From: a virus
Length of the DNA stretch: 64,000 nt
Direction: 5' to 3' (one strand)
Virus record (IMG/VR): IMGVR_UViG_3300045988_139374
Location: 128,001-192,000 of that record
How positions within the stretch are numbered: the stretch's first letter is position 1; the number at the start of each line of letters is the position of its first letter. The translations under genes and the position numbers were made by a program. Positions 30,266 through 37,651 of this stretch are shown piece by piece. Below the pieces are notes generated by a model. The model made no database searches. It was not told where the DNA came from and saw only the letters and a list, made by a program, of their open reading frames with translations.

Positions 30266-30391
30266 TTAGCGAGGAATCTTCTTAATCTTCTCACTCTGAG
30301 CAGCAGTAATCCAATTAAGCTGGACAGCCTTATCGACGCCCTTTTCATCAATCATATGCTTCTTCCACATACGTACGACAGAATTATACAT
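30266..30391 (-). CDS. xkdX: XkdX-like small protein (41 aa)
   Basis: Below the track cutoff. CAGGAGG lies 9 nt upstream. MYNSVVRMWKKHMIDEKGVDKAVQLNWITAAQSEKIKKIPR* fits the XkdX pattern (W..., V..g.ITaaq...I). Confidence 0.45.
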   Translation of the reverse strand: MYNSVVRMWKKHMIDEKGVDKAVQLNWITAAQSEKIKKIPR

Positions 30392-30427
30392 AGTATAAAT
30401 CCTCCTGATTTGTATTATTATTTTGAA

Positions 30428-30928
30428 TTACTGAACAGCCTGAGCATCGGAATCATCGCCACCAGCCATCTGCATATTCAGCAGGGTGCTGCCCAGCATA
30501 TCGACGCTAGACTCCAGACTAGACAGACGCTCGTTAACATCAGGAGCACCGACATTGACAACGAAGATGGTAGCAGTGACTTCCTTCATAGTAGGACCAT
30601 CAAAGGTTGCATTGCAAGCAGTACAAGTAGTTGCAGTATTCTCGACATCTGCACCACACTCAGGGCAGACATACTTGGTCTCGATAACAAAGTTAGGAAC
30701 CAGCTGAACATTGCGAACAACAGTCTTACCAGTAATAATCTGGATAGCAGTGTCATCGACCTTAGCAGTAATTGTATCATTACCAGTAAAGTCTGCCAGG
30801 ACCTCTTCAGCAGTCTTGGTGACACCTTCCATAGGACGAACCTTGAAAGTTGCAACGTCGTTGTACTGATTTACGCCGTCAGTGCACAGAAGATACTCAG
30901 CGCCATTGGACAGAACTAGCTTTTCCAT
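30428..30928 (-). CDS. CTG-codon-rich protein with a CPEC..CTAC zinc-ribbon motif (fibre-module accessory?)
   Basis: AAGGAGG precedes the ATG at 30928; the track start 30952 lies upstream of the SD. The antisense ORF 30356..30919 is an artefact. Confidence 0.6.
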   Translation of the reverse strand: MEKLVLSNGAEYLLCTDGVNQYNDVATFKVRPMEGVTKTAEEVLADFTGNDTITAKVDDTAIQIITGKTVVRNVQLVPNFVIETKYVCPECGADVENTATTCTACNATFDGPTMKEVTATIFVVNVGAPDVNERLSSLESSVDMLGSTLLNMQMAGGDDSDAQAVQ

Positions 30929-30977
30929 AGAAAAGTCCTCCTTAATGTACATTAATTTTTGATTGGAGTGAATAGAA

Positions 30978-31967
30978 ATGACAAATGTAGAGATGATCTT
31001 AAAATTAATGGAACCAGAGCTCGATACTATTCAACTAGCTAAATTGAAGAACGTGCTTGACACAATCTTAAGAACATCAAGAAACGTCCTACCAAATGAA
31101 GAATTGATAGAACGATTCAAACAACAGAAGAGCTTAGTAGGATTGAAACCATCTTCATTAAATGGATATGTAACAGAGGTTAGAGCAATGGCAAGATACT
31201 ATAATGATAAAAGCTATTGCGATATTACTACTGCTGATATGAAGGATTATCTTGCTTATATGGTTAAAGCAAGAAATCTTCAAGCTGCTACATTACAGAC
31301 TAAGATTAGAGCTATTAGCTCTTTCTATGAATTCTTAGTAAATGAAGAATTTATTGATAAGAATCCTACTAATAAGATTGAAAGAGTCTTGTGTGAAAAG
31401 AAGATCAAGAAAGCTTTCTCTAATGCTGAGATGGATGCTATGAGAGCAGAATGCTTAACAAAGAGAGATAGAGCATTCTTTGAGTTCCTTTATTCTACTG
31501 GAACTAGACTTGCAGAAGTCATTGCCCTTAATGTAAAGGATATCAATTTCTCAGAAGGAGAAGTTATTGTCTTCGGTAAAGGACATAAGGAAAGAGTTGT
31601 TTATCTAAGTAACATTTGCATGAAATATTTACAAGAATACTTAGAAGAACGATATGCTCAACCAGATGAACCTTTATTTACACACTTGACAAATGGTCAT
31701 AGATTGACTCCTAGAGCAGCAGAATTAATTCTTAAAGATATTGGCGATAGAGTAGGAGTAGAAAATGTGCATCCTCACCGATTCCGTAGAACTTGTGCTA
31801 CTCACTTGATGGACAGAGGAATGCCTGTTGAACAGATTCGAGAAGTACTCGGTCACGCCAAGTTAGAGACTACTATGATTTATTGTAATGTGAATAGCAG
31901 TAAAGTTAAAGCTAGTTTTAAAGAAGCATTTAATAGAGATACATATTTTAATGATGTAAATATTTGA
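30978..31967 (+). CDS. tyrosine recombinase (XerC/D / Rci-like); candidate invertase of the fibre cassette locus
   Basis: SAM-like N-domain. Catalytic signature TGTRLAEV (R), GKGHKERVV (K), HPHRFRRT (HxxR), LGHAKLETTMIY (H..Y). Confidence 0.8.
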   Translation: MTNVEMILKLMEPELDTIQLAKLKNVLDTILRTSRNVLPNEELIERFKQQKSLVGLKPSSLNGYVTEVRAMARYYNDKSYCDITTADMKDYLAYMVKARNLQAATLQTKIRAISSFYEFLVNEEFIDKNPTNKIERVLCEKKIKKAFSNAEMDAMRAECLTKRDRAFFEFLYSTGTRLAEVIALNVKDINFSEGEVIVFGKGHKERVVYLSNICMKYLQEYLEERYAQPDEPLFTHLTNGHRLTPRAAELILKDIGDRVGVENVHPHRFRRTCATHLMDRGMPVEQIREVLGHAKLETTMIYCNVNSSKVKASFKEAFNRDTYFNDVNI

Positions 31968-31980
31968 TTAGATATTATAA

Positions 31981-32020
31981 CTCTGATAGGAATACAAGAT
32001 GTCCTATCAGAGAATTTTTA
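31981..32020 (+). terminator. rho-independent terminator
   Basis: 11-bp stem CTCTGATAGGA / TCCTATCAGAG. Confidence 0.6.
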
Positions 32021-32041
32021 ATCAAAAAGGAGTAGTCTATT

Positions 32042-33250
32042 ATGATGACGAAAAAAGAATTAATTGACTTTTTAGTTGTATCTGGATACACTAGTAAGTT
32101 AATTAAAAAGATCAAATATGTTGGAGTAAATTATAAAGGAGAAGATATATTTGAATTTACCCACATTGGTCGCACGATATTGATCAATGCTACCGATCTA
32201 GCAAACTATCTCAGAGAATATGGTAGCTATATTAGTAGATATGAAGATGAAGAGAAAGATAGCTTTAAATATTTGTGCCAAAAGTATAGTTCTCATATTC
32301 TTGAACCTATTGTAAGATATTGTGATAATATCTTTGATCCAAATGATTATATTGGGTATAGACATGCAGATGATCATTATACATTTGGAAGTTGCACTAT
32401 TTTAAAGAATCTTGCAAGTAAAGATTGGAAGTATAAAACTATCAATGCAGAATTTACTCCAAATAATGCAATAAAGTTCTTGACTACTACATATGTATAT
32501 ACAATGTGTAGATGCGGAACTGTTAATTATATTACATTAGACGATGCAATGTCTCAATACCCTACATGTACCAAATGTAGTTTGATCAGCCACATTACTT
32601 ATCAATTGAATCATGATAGAAGTGAATCTAATTCTAGTATTCACTTCTATGATGCAATTGATATTAATCATTGTAGATTTAAATGTATTAATTGCGGTAC
32701 TATATACACTGAAAATATGGAAAGTGTTGTGGTACAAAATAGGAGATATGGTAAATGCGTAGCTTGCTATGCTAAAGAGCAGATTCCGAAAATTATTGGA
32801 AAGAAGCATGGCAAACTTACAATAGTTGATGCAGTTCCTGTAATTGATGAGAATGATCATCATATATCTTACTATAATGCAAAATGCAAATGCAAGTGTG
32901 GAAGAACTGTATACGCTAAATATGAAATTAGACCTTCTGGGAACAAATTATACGGAACCAGCTGCAAATATTGCGATAAGAAATATCCTGGGTCCATGGA
33001 GGGTATTGATGCTCGTAAAGGAGAGAAGCATGGTAAGTTAAAAATCATAAAGAAAGCATATACATATTACAATGCTGATGGCATTAAAGATTTTAATACT
33101 GTGCAACGTGTAATCTGTCAATGTGAATGTGGAAACTTTACCATAGTTCCATTTAGTGCTCTTAAATTAGGTAAAGTAAAATCTTGTGGTCATTGCGGAA
33201 AGAAAATAACTCTTCCTTTCCCTTATGATTTGTCATTTTATGAAATGTAG
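32042..33250 (+). CDS. multi-zinc-ribbon repeat protein (paralogue family of 23063 and 62393)
   Basis: SD AAAGGAG. Repeated modules: G.KHGKLTIV..C.C.CG, CxxC pairs, and KSCGHCG. Confidence 0.5.
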   Translation: MMTKKELIDFLVVSGYTSKLIKKIKYVGVNYKGEDIFEFTHIGRTILINATDLANYLREYGSYISRYEDEEKDSFKYLCQKYSSHILEPIVRYCDNIFDPNDYIGYRHADDHYTFGSCTILKNLASKDWKYKTINAEFTPNNAIKFLTTTYVYTMCRCGTVNYITLDDAMSQYPTCTKCSLISHITYQLNHDRSESNSSIHFYDAIDINHCRFKCINCGTIYTENMESVVVQNRRYGKCVACYAKEQIPKIIGKKHGKLTIVDAVPVIDENDHHISYYNAKCKCKCGRTVYAKYEIRPSGNKLYGTSCKYCDKKYPGSMEGIDARKGEKHGKLKIIKKAYTYYNADGIKDFNTVQRVICQCECGNFTIVPFSALKLGKVKSCGHCGKKITLPFPYDLSFYEM

Positions 33251-33281
33251 TATAATAAAGAAGGTAAATAATCTTTAATAT

Positions 33282-33324
33282 AAAAGGAGTGGATTCCATT
33301 CGCCCACTCCTTTTATTTTTTTTT
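33282..33324 (+). terminator. rho-independent terminator
   Basis: Stem AAAAGGAGTGG / CCACTCCTTTT followed by a long T-run. Confidence 0.7.
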
Positions 33325-33394
33325 CAAAAAGTAGATTAAAATTCAACTTCATAGTAATCCATATTGTGATAATGGTAGAATGGGGGTTAAAATA

Positions 33395-34218
33395 ATGGCT
33401 ACAATTAGGCAAATTAAAGTTAAAGATACATTGTATGATATTTCACCGTCTCCTAGTGGTACGCTTGATACCACTACTAAAGATAATGCATTTGCTTCTA
33501 GTGATGTTGCTCAAGCAAGTGCAACTTCTTGGACTGATGTAGCTGCTCTTGCTGCAACTGAAACTAACAAGAGCATGTTCACAAAAGCTACTCAGATGAT
33601 GAAAAATACCAGATACCTATATAATATTATTGGTACTGGTTTTAGTACTTCTAGTACTATTAAGAAAGCTATTGATGGAAAAGCAGCATCTAATCATAGT
33701 CATGATCTGAGTGCTATGATCAATGGACTTTCTGTTGGATCTGCTACTCCTCAAGATGCGGATTATTATGTGTGCCAATATGCGGGGGGGGGAACACCAC
33801 TTCCACATATCATAGAAGGCCGATGACTGCTCTTTGGGATTATATTAAGTCTAAAGGAAATAGTACTTGGCAACCTAAAGGAAGCTATGCTGCTGCAAAC
33901 CATAGTCACAATTATGCAGGATCTGGAAGTGCTGGTGGATCTGCAAATAGTGCAGTAAAGTTGGATACAGCAACTGCTGGTTCTACTACTCAACCTGTAT
34001 ACTTTAGTGGTGGTAAACCTGTAGCAATTGGATATACTATTGCTAAGAGCGTTCCTGCTGATGCTAATTTTAGTAATACTTGGCGTGGAATTCAGAATAA
34101 TCTTACTTCTACAGCAACAGATCAGTCCCTATCTGCTGCTCAGGGTAAAATTTTGAAAGATGCTCTTGATAAAAAGACTGGAGTTAGTGTATCTGGTACC
34201 ACTGTAGTATTTGGATAA
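33395..34218 (+). pseudogene. tail-fibre paralogue A, split into two frames by a G9 tract
   Basis: ORFs 33380..33826 and 33772..34218 overlap at the G-run. One extra G (G10) gives a single product, ..YYVCQYAGGGNTTSTYHRRPMTALWDYIKSK..GTTVVFG*. The N-terminus is homologous to fibre B (FASSDVAQ, RYLYN..GTGFST, IDGKAA.NHSH). Confidence 0.7.
33784..33792 (+). repeat. G9 homopolymer (candidate phase-variation / slippage tract)
   Basis: Counted directly: tgc GGGGGGGGG aac. It is the only long G/C run I found in this AT-rich window. Confidence 0.85.
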
Positions 34219-34238
34219 TAAATATTATAAATAAAATT

Positions 34239-34275
34239 CCCATAGGATTTTTATATCCTATGGGATTCTTTTATA
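34239..34275 (+). terminator. terminator after fibre A (duplicated at 43769)
   Basis: 10-bp stem CCCATAGGAT / ATCCTATGGG followed by ATTCTTTTATA. Confidence 0.6.
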
Positions 34276-34276
34276 A

Positions 34277-34570
34277 TCTGACGCTTCTATTAAGATCAAA
34301 ACAAAGTCTGGAAAATTTTCATATAGTAGCACTTACGGAAGAAATTATACATTTTATGATTATGAAGGAATATTTATTTCTGCATCAATTGACGGTATTG
34401 CATTTAACAATGATAATTATTTGTATAATTTGTATTATCCATCATTATATTCAATTCGTGTTAGTGATAAATATATTATTAAATCTTTCAATATTATAAG
34501 TTCTGATTCAGGAGGAAATAATATTTCTGGTATTGGAGATAATTTAAACATTATTATTTGCTATATTTAA
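34277..34570 (+). other. start-less fibre C-terminal cassette (97 codons)
   Basis: Core TGACGCT at 34279-34285 is preceded by an in-frame TAA. Reads SDASIKIKTKSGKFSYSS..NLNIIICYI*. Contains no Met codon and has no SD. Its own terminator follows. Confidence 0.55.
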
Positions 34571-34577
34571 AATTATT

Positions 34578-34612
34578 CAATAGAGAAATCTCTATTGGTT
34601 TTATTTTTTTTT
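34578..34612 (+). terminator. rho-independent terminator after the cassette
   Basis: 9-bp stem CAATAGAGA / TCTCTATTG followed by a long T-run. Confidence 0.65.
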
Positions 34613-34638
34613 GTAGAATATATTAAAATACAATAATC

Positions 34639-34645
34639 TGACGCT
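34639..34645 (+). repeat. TGACGCT core site with only a stub (TAA-SDAITK*)
   Basis: AATAATCTGACGCTATTACGAAGTAG. Confidence 0.5.
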
Positions 34646-34675
34646 ATTACGAAGTAGTCTGAGAAATCTGCCAAA

Positions 34676-34720
34676 CCTCTATAAAAGGGCCTAAAATGGG
34701 CATTTTAAGAGGGTAAAATC
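34676..34720 (+). repeat. orphan copy of the fibre B leader/promoter-like sequence
   Basis: CTATAAAAGGGCCTAAAATGGGCATTTTAAGAGGGTAAAAT here, versus CTATAAATAGCCCAAAATGGGTAATTTTAAGAAAGGAAAT at 35123-35162 just upstream of the fibre B ATG. Confidence 0.5.
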
Positions 34721-34880
34721 GAGTGATTTTACACTTATTTTCAGTACTAAAAATTCAATTCAAGATAATAAATGTTTGATCAATAATCAATCTTAATTTA
34801 AAATATATAACAATATGGTAATGAAAGATGGTAGAAAAATCTTTTACCTTTAACAGCAGACACACAAACTATCTTTCATA

Positions 34881-35067
34881 CATGAAGCATTCGATTTAAG
34901 ATTTATTGTGAAGACCGCTTTTAAGAGAGTCCCTTGGACTATAAACTGTGAAGACTTCGTTTAAGAAAATCAGATAAATCCATATCCAAGCCATTAAATG
35001 TAGTAGCGTCAGATTAAAATTGTGAAGCCTGCTTATATAGATTTTTGTGAAGACGACGGTTAAGATT
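34881..35067 (+). promoter_or_regulatory. five direct repeats TGTGAAGMC-N-TTTAAGA flanking a core site
   Basis: Copies start at 34881 (CATGAAGCATTCGATTTAAGA), 34907, 34947, 35021 and 35046. The minus-orientation core at 35005-35011 lies between copies 3 and 4. Confidence 0.5.
35005..35011 (-). repeat. TGACGCT core site (minus orientation) with a 24-codon stub
   Basis: The reverse complement reads TAA TCT GAC GCT ACT ACA.. = SDATTFNGLDMDLSDFLKRSLHSL*. Confidence 0.5.
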
Positions 35068-35171
35068 ATTACTCGGTGTGGTCTTTATGATCACCCCGGA
35101 ATTTCTTTTTTAACAAAATATCACTATAAATAGCCCAAAATGGGTAATTTTAAGAAAGGAAATTTAATTTT

Positions 35172-36431
35172 ATGGCTATAATTGATAAAATTAAGGTTGG
35201 TAGCACTACCTATGATGTGTCGCCTTCTGCTTCTGGTACTCTGAACACTACTGGCACTACTAAGTTTGCTTCTAGTGACGTTGCTCAGGGAAATGCAACT
35301 GGCTGGACTAATGTAGATCAGATGACCACTGCTGATAACCATGCTACTCTGTTTACTAAGATCACTCAGATGGCAAAGAACGTCCGCTATCTGTACAATG
35401 TTCTTGGTACTGGCTTCTCCACTGGTTCTACTGTTAAGGGTCAGATTGATGGAAAAGCAGCAGCTAATCACTCTCACAAGGTTGCTCAACTGCCTACTTC
35501 TAGTACTCAAGTTAACTCCAATGACTATATTCCTACTTCTGCTCTGATCTATTCTATGAATCAGACTCTAACTTCGCTAAATGACGCTAGTAATAAACTT
35601 GGAGTCAGGATTTATAATACTAAATATGCAGTTGGAGGTATTCCTACCAAATCCCAATTTGCTGCAACTGACACTGTACAAAGCATTATTATTAAAATGC
35701 TAGGAGATATGGGTCAGAAACCCATTGACTCTTCTACACCTAATACAAGATATAAGTCTCAGAATCTTGGTACTTGGTCTAGTGTTAGTGATGTAGATAA
35801 TTTTCTTTATAGTTGTTGTCATGATACTGGTTATTATGGTGCTACTATTGGTAGTTATGTTACGATTAAAGATGGTGTATATAATAAAGAATGGATTATT
35901 GCTGGTTTTGATTGTGAAAAGAATCATAAAGCTTCCGATGGCAATACAAAGGATAATGGATATGGTATATGCTTAATACCTAAGAAGAGCTTAGGTAATT
36001 ATGTATGGGATTCTAATTCTATTATAAATGGATACAACGGATCTGAAATGCATAAGTCTACATTACCTGTAGTTGCGAATAATCTTAGAAAAGTATTAGG
36101 AAATCATCTTGTACAGCGTAATGTCCTTCTGAGTAATGCTGTAGATTCTAACTATTATGCTAAAGGCTATTTTTGGACTACTGCATATTGTACTCTTATG
36201 AGTACAGGACAAGTAACTGGTACATTTGCTTCTAATAGAAACAAGTATGATGATGGAGAAGCTAATTATAAACTTCCTTTGTTTAATTATGAAATATGGA
36301 GTTTTGATACCTGGGCCTGGTTGCGAGGGCTATTCGGCTACGGTGTCTATGGCCTTACCACTTCTGGTGGTTCTGGTTATGACATCTGTTACGTTAGTCA
36401 CGGTCTTCGCCCGCTCATTTATATTAGGTAA
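35172..36431 (+). CDS. tail-fibre paralogue B: constant N-terminal part, NDAS junction, and a C-terminal receptor-binding domain ending in the DGR variable region
   Basis: The N-terminal ~105 aa are homologous to fibre A. The in-frame core is at 35582-35588 (LNDASNK). The C-terminus WAWLRGLFGYGVYGLTTSGGSGYDICYVSHGLRPLIYIR* matches TR apart from changes at adenines. Confidence 0.8.
   Translation: MAIIDKIKVGSTTYDVSPSASGTLNTTGTTKFASSDVAQGNATGWTNVDQMTTADNHATLFTKITQMAKNVRYLYNVLGTGFSTGSTVKGQIDGKAAANHSHKVAQLPTSSTQVNSNDYIPTSALIYSMNQTLTSLNDASNKLGVRIYNTKYAVGGIPTKSQFAATDTVQSIIIKMLGDMGQKPIDSSTPNTRYKSQNLGTWSSVSDVDNFLYSCCHDTGYYGATIGSYVTIKDGVYNKEWIIAGFDCEKNHKASDGNTKDNGYGICLIPKKSLGNYVWDSNSIINGYNGSEMHKSTLPVVANNLRKVLGNHLVQRNVLLSNAVDSNYYAKGYFWTTAYCTLMSTGQVTGTFASNRNKYDDGEANYKLPLFNYEIWSFDTWAWLRGLFGYGVYGLTTSGGSGYDICYVSHGLRPLIYIR
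35580..35597 (+). repeat. in-frame core site inside fibre B (putative expression-site crossover)
   Basis: AAT GAC GCT AGT AAT AAA at codons 137-142. Shares AATGACGCT with the cassette heads. Confidence 0.55.
36317..36417 (+). repeat. DGR variable region (VR)
   Basis: 101 nt aligning to TR 37379-37497. There are 12 mismatches, all at TR adenines, plus one 18-nt gap. A GC-rich 3-prime end, GGTCTTCGCCCG, is shared (IMH-like). Confidence 0.85.
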
Positions 36432-36468
36432 TGGAACTAGCCACCTTGTGTGGCTAAGTGGAATTACC
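36427..36468 (+). promoter_or_regulatory. hairpin immediately 3-prime of VR (candidate DGR target-recognition structure and/or terminator)
   Basis: Inner stem TAGCCAC / GTGGCTA nested in outer stem GGTAAT / ATTACC. Overlaps the stop codon. Confidence 0.5.
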
Positions 36469-36537
36469 GTAATATAAATGAAAGGTGAAGGCTTAACGAG
36501 TAAATATATTATTAATATAAAATAAGAGGTGGTTTGT

Positions 36538-37347
36538 GTGTCTGTCGTTAAGGGTAAAAGAAATCAATCTGATGTTGAATATTTTGATTATGCATATAAA
36601 GTTGTGGAGCATATAACTAAATTTCTTTTATCTGATCTTGGGATTAAGAAAACTTATAGAGACTTAAAAGTTTTTACTTATAAATCTCATATGGAGGAAG
36701 CTGATAAAGAAGAATTTGAGCATTTAGTAAATAAGTATGATTTGGAATTGGAAACAGATTTTCCTAATTGGCTAATGTGCTATTATAGAGAAACATTATT
36801 AACAATCATGAGAGATCTAATCAATAATATATCTGCAGCTTATACACTATATCCAAATTCTGTTTATGAATTTAATATCAAGAAACAGTATATTTCTGAT
36901 TCTATAGCTAATTGTTTCGATTTAAAACATCAACTCCAATTAGTAATTAGAATATTTCCAGCAAATATGAAGAAATATATTCCATTTGTAAAAGAAATCG
37001 ATAAGGAAATAGAGCTTCTTAAACAGTGGCGAAAGAACTTTACAGGAATTTCTAAGAAGCATTGCTACAATCAAGATGAAATCGCTAAGAGAGATGCTAT
37101 TAAGAGAGTAAATAAGATTGAAGCAAAGAATGAGCGTAAACTTCAAGTGAACAATAATTTCCTTGTAGAATATATGAAAGCAGTTTACACTCAACAAGTG
37201 CTTATGGATAATCTATATCATACAACCTTCTATTATAATCAGCAAAATCAGTATTGCTCCGAACTGCCTATTGCAGCTTGTACATTCTTTGATCAAAATG
37301 GATATTATATTGGAGATTCTGCTCATGATTTTGTTACAACTAACTAA
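36538..37347 (+). CDS. avd: DGR accessory protein (Avd-like by position; longer than canonical Avd)
   Basis: Lies between the target gene and TR. Helical, basic/acidic composition. AAGAGG lies 8 nt before the in-frame GTG at 36538 (track start GTG 36529). Confidence 0.45.
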   Translation: MSVVKGKRNQSDVEYFDYAYKVVEHITKFLLSDLGIKKTYRDLKVFTYKSHMEEADKEEFEHLVNKYDLELETDFPNWLMCYYRETLLTIMRDLINNISAAYTLYPNSVYEFNIKKQYISDSIANCFDLKHQLQLVIRIFPANMKKYIPFVKEIDKEIELLKQWRKNFTGISKKHCYNQDEIAKRDAIKRVNKIEAKNERKLQVNNNFLVEYMKAVYTQQVLMDNLYHTTFYYNQQNQYCSELPIAACTFFDQNGYYIGDSAHDFVTTN

Positions 37348-37378
37348 ATAGTAAGGTGACTCTCTATAAATAATCTCG

Positions 37379-37497
37379 CTGGTTGCGAGGGCTATACGGC
37401 AACAACAACCTCAACAACAACAATGTCTATGGCCTTACCACTTCTGGTGGTTCTGATTATAACAACTGTAACAATAGTAACGGTCTTCGCCCGATCA
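37379..37497 (+). repeat. DGR template repeat (TR)
   Basis: 119 nt, rich in AAC/AAT codons in the VR frame (LRGLYGNNNLNNNNVYGLTTSGGSDYNNCNNSNGLRPI). Non-coding location upstream of RT. Confidence 0.85.
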
Positions 37498-37651
37498 ACA
37501 GCATCTTGGCAATTTAAGGATCGAAAGATCTGGCCAGGATGTCTGTATGAGGAGGGAGTTCCCTTTCCGAAAGGAAGAAACAATAAAGCTGGCTACGGTT
37601 CTGGCATTACGATGCTGAATCTATTGGGCTGGTATATTTTTTTTTATTTTT

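Noticed and set aside
30356-30919. 187-aa + strand ORF, together with the similar artefacts 21783..22343 (-), 63084..63539 (+) and 46184..46633 (-)
   Set aside because: These ORFs are antisense to codon-biased genes that have proper SD and ATG signals. They lack an SD and translate to low-complexity sequence rich in Ser, Leu and Ile.
30978-31967. Classical lysogeny module (integrase plus attP next to the tRNA genes)
   Set aside because: The tRNAs are complete with CCA and lie 13 kb away. I did not recognise a repressor, a Cro-like protein, an excisionase or a tRNA-fragment att core in the window. This is not formally excluded without the whole genome.
34150-34170. ..LKDALDKKTG.. near the end of fibre A as a 14th core site
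   Set aside because: The protein-level resemblance to LNDASNK is suggestive, but the nucleotide core is AGATGCT rather than TGACGCT and the arm is not conserved. It is probably an ancestral or degenerate junction, so I did not count it.
34213-34285. Translational bypass (T4 gene 60-like hop) from GGA-TAA at the end of fibre A, over the hairpin, into the downstream cassette
   Set aside because: The cassette frame is closed by an in-frame TAA directly before TCT GAC GCT. The only frame reachable from downstream GGA landing sites gives low-complexity junk (track ORF 34260..34499).
36226-36477. Track ORFs 36226..36477 and 37423..37662, which share MALPLLVVL..VTVFARS
   Set aside because: They are the off-frame translations of VR and TR respectively. 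Their similarity simply reflects the DGR repeat.
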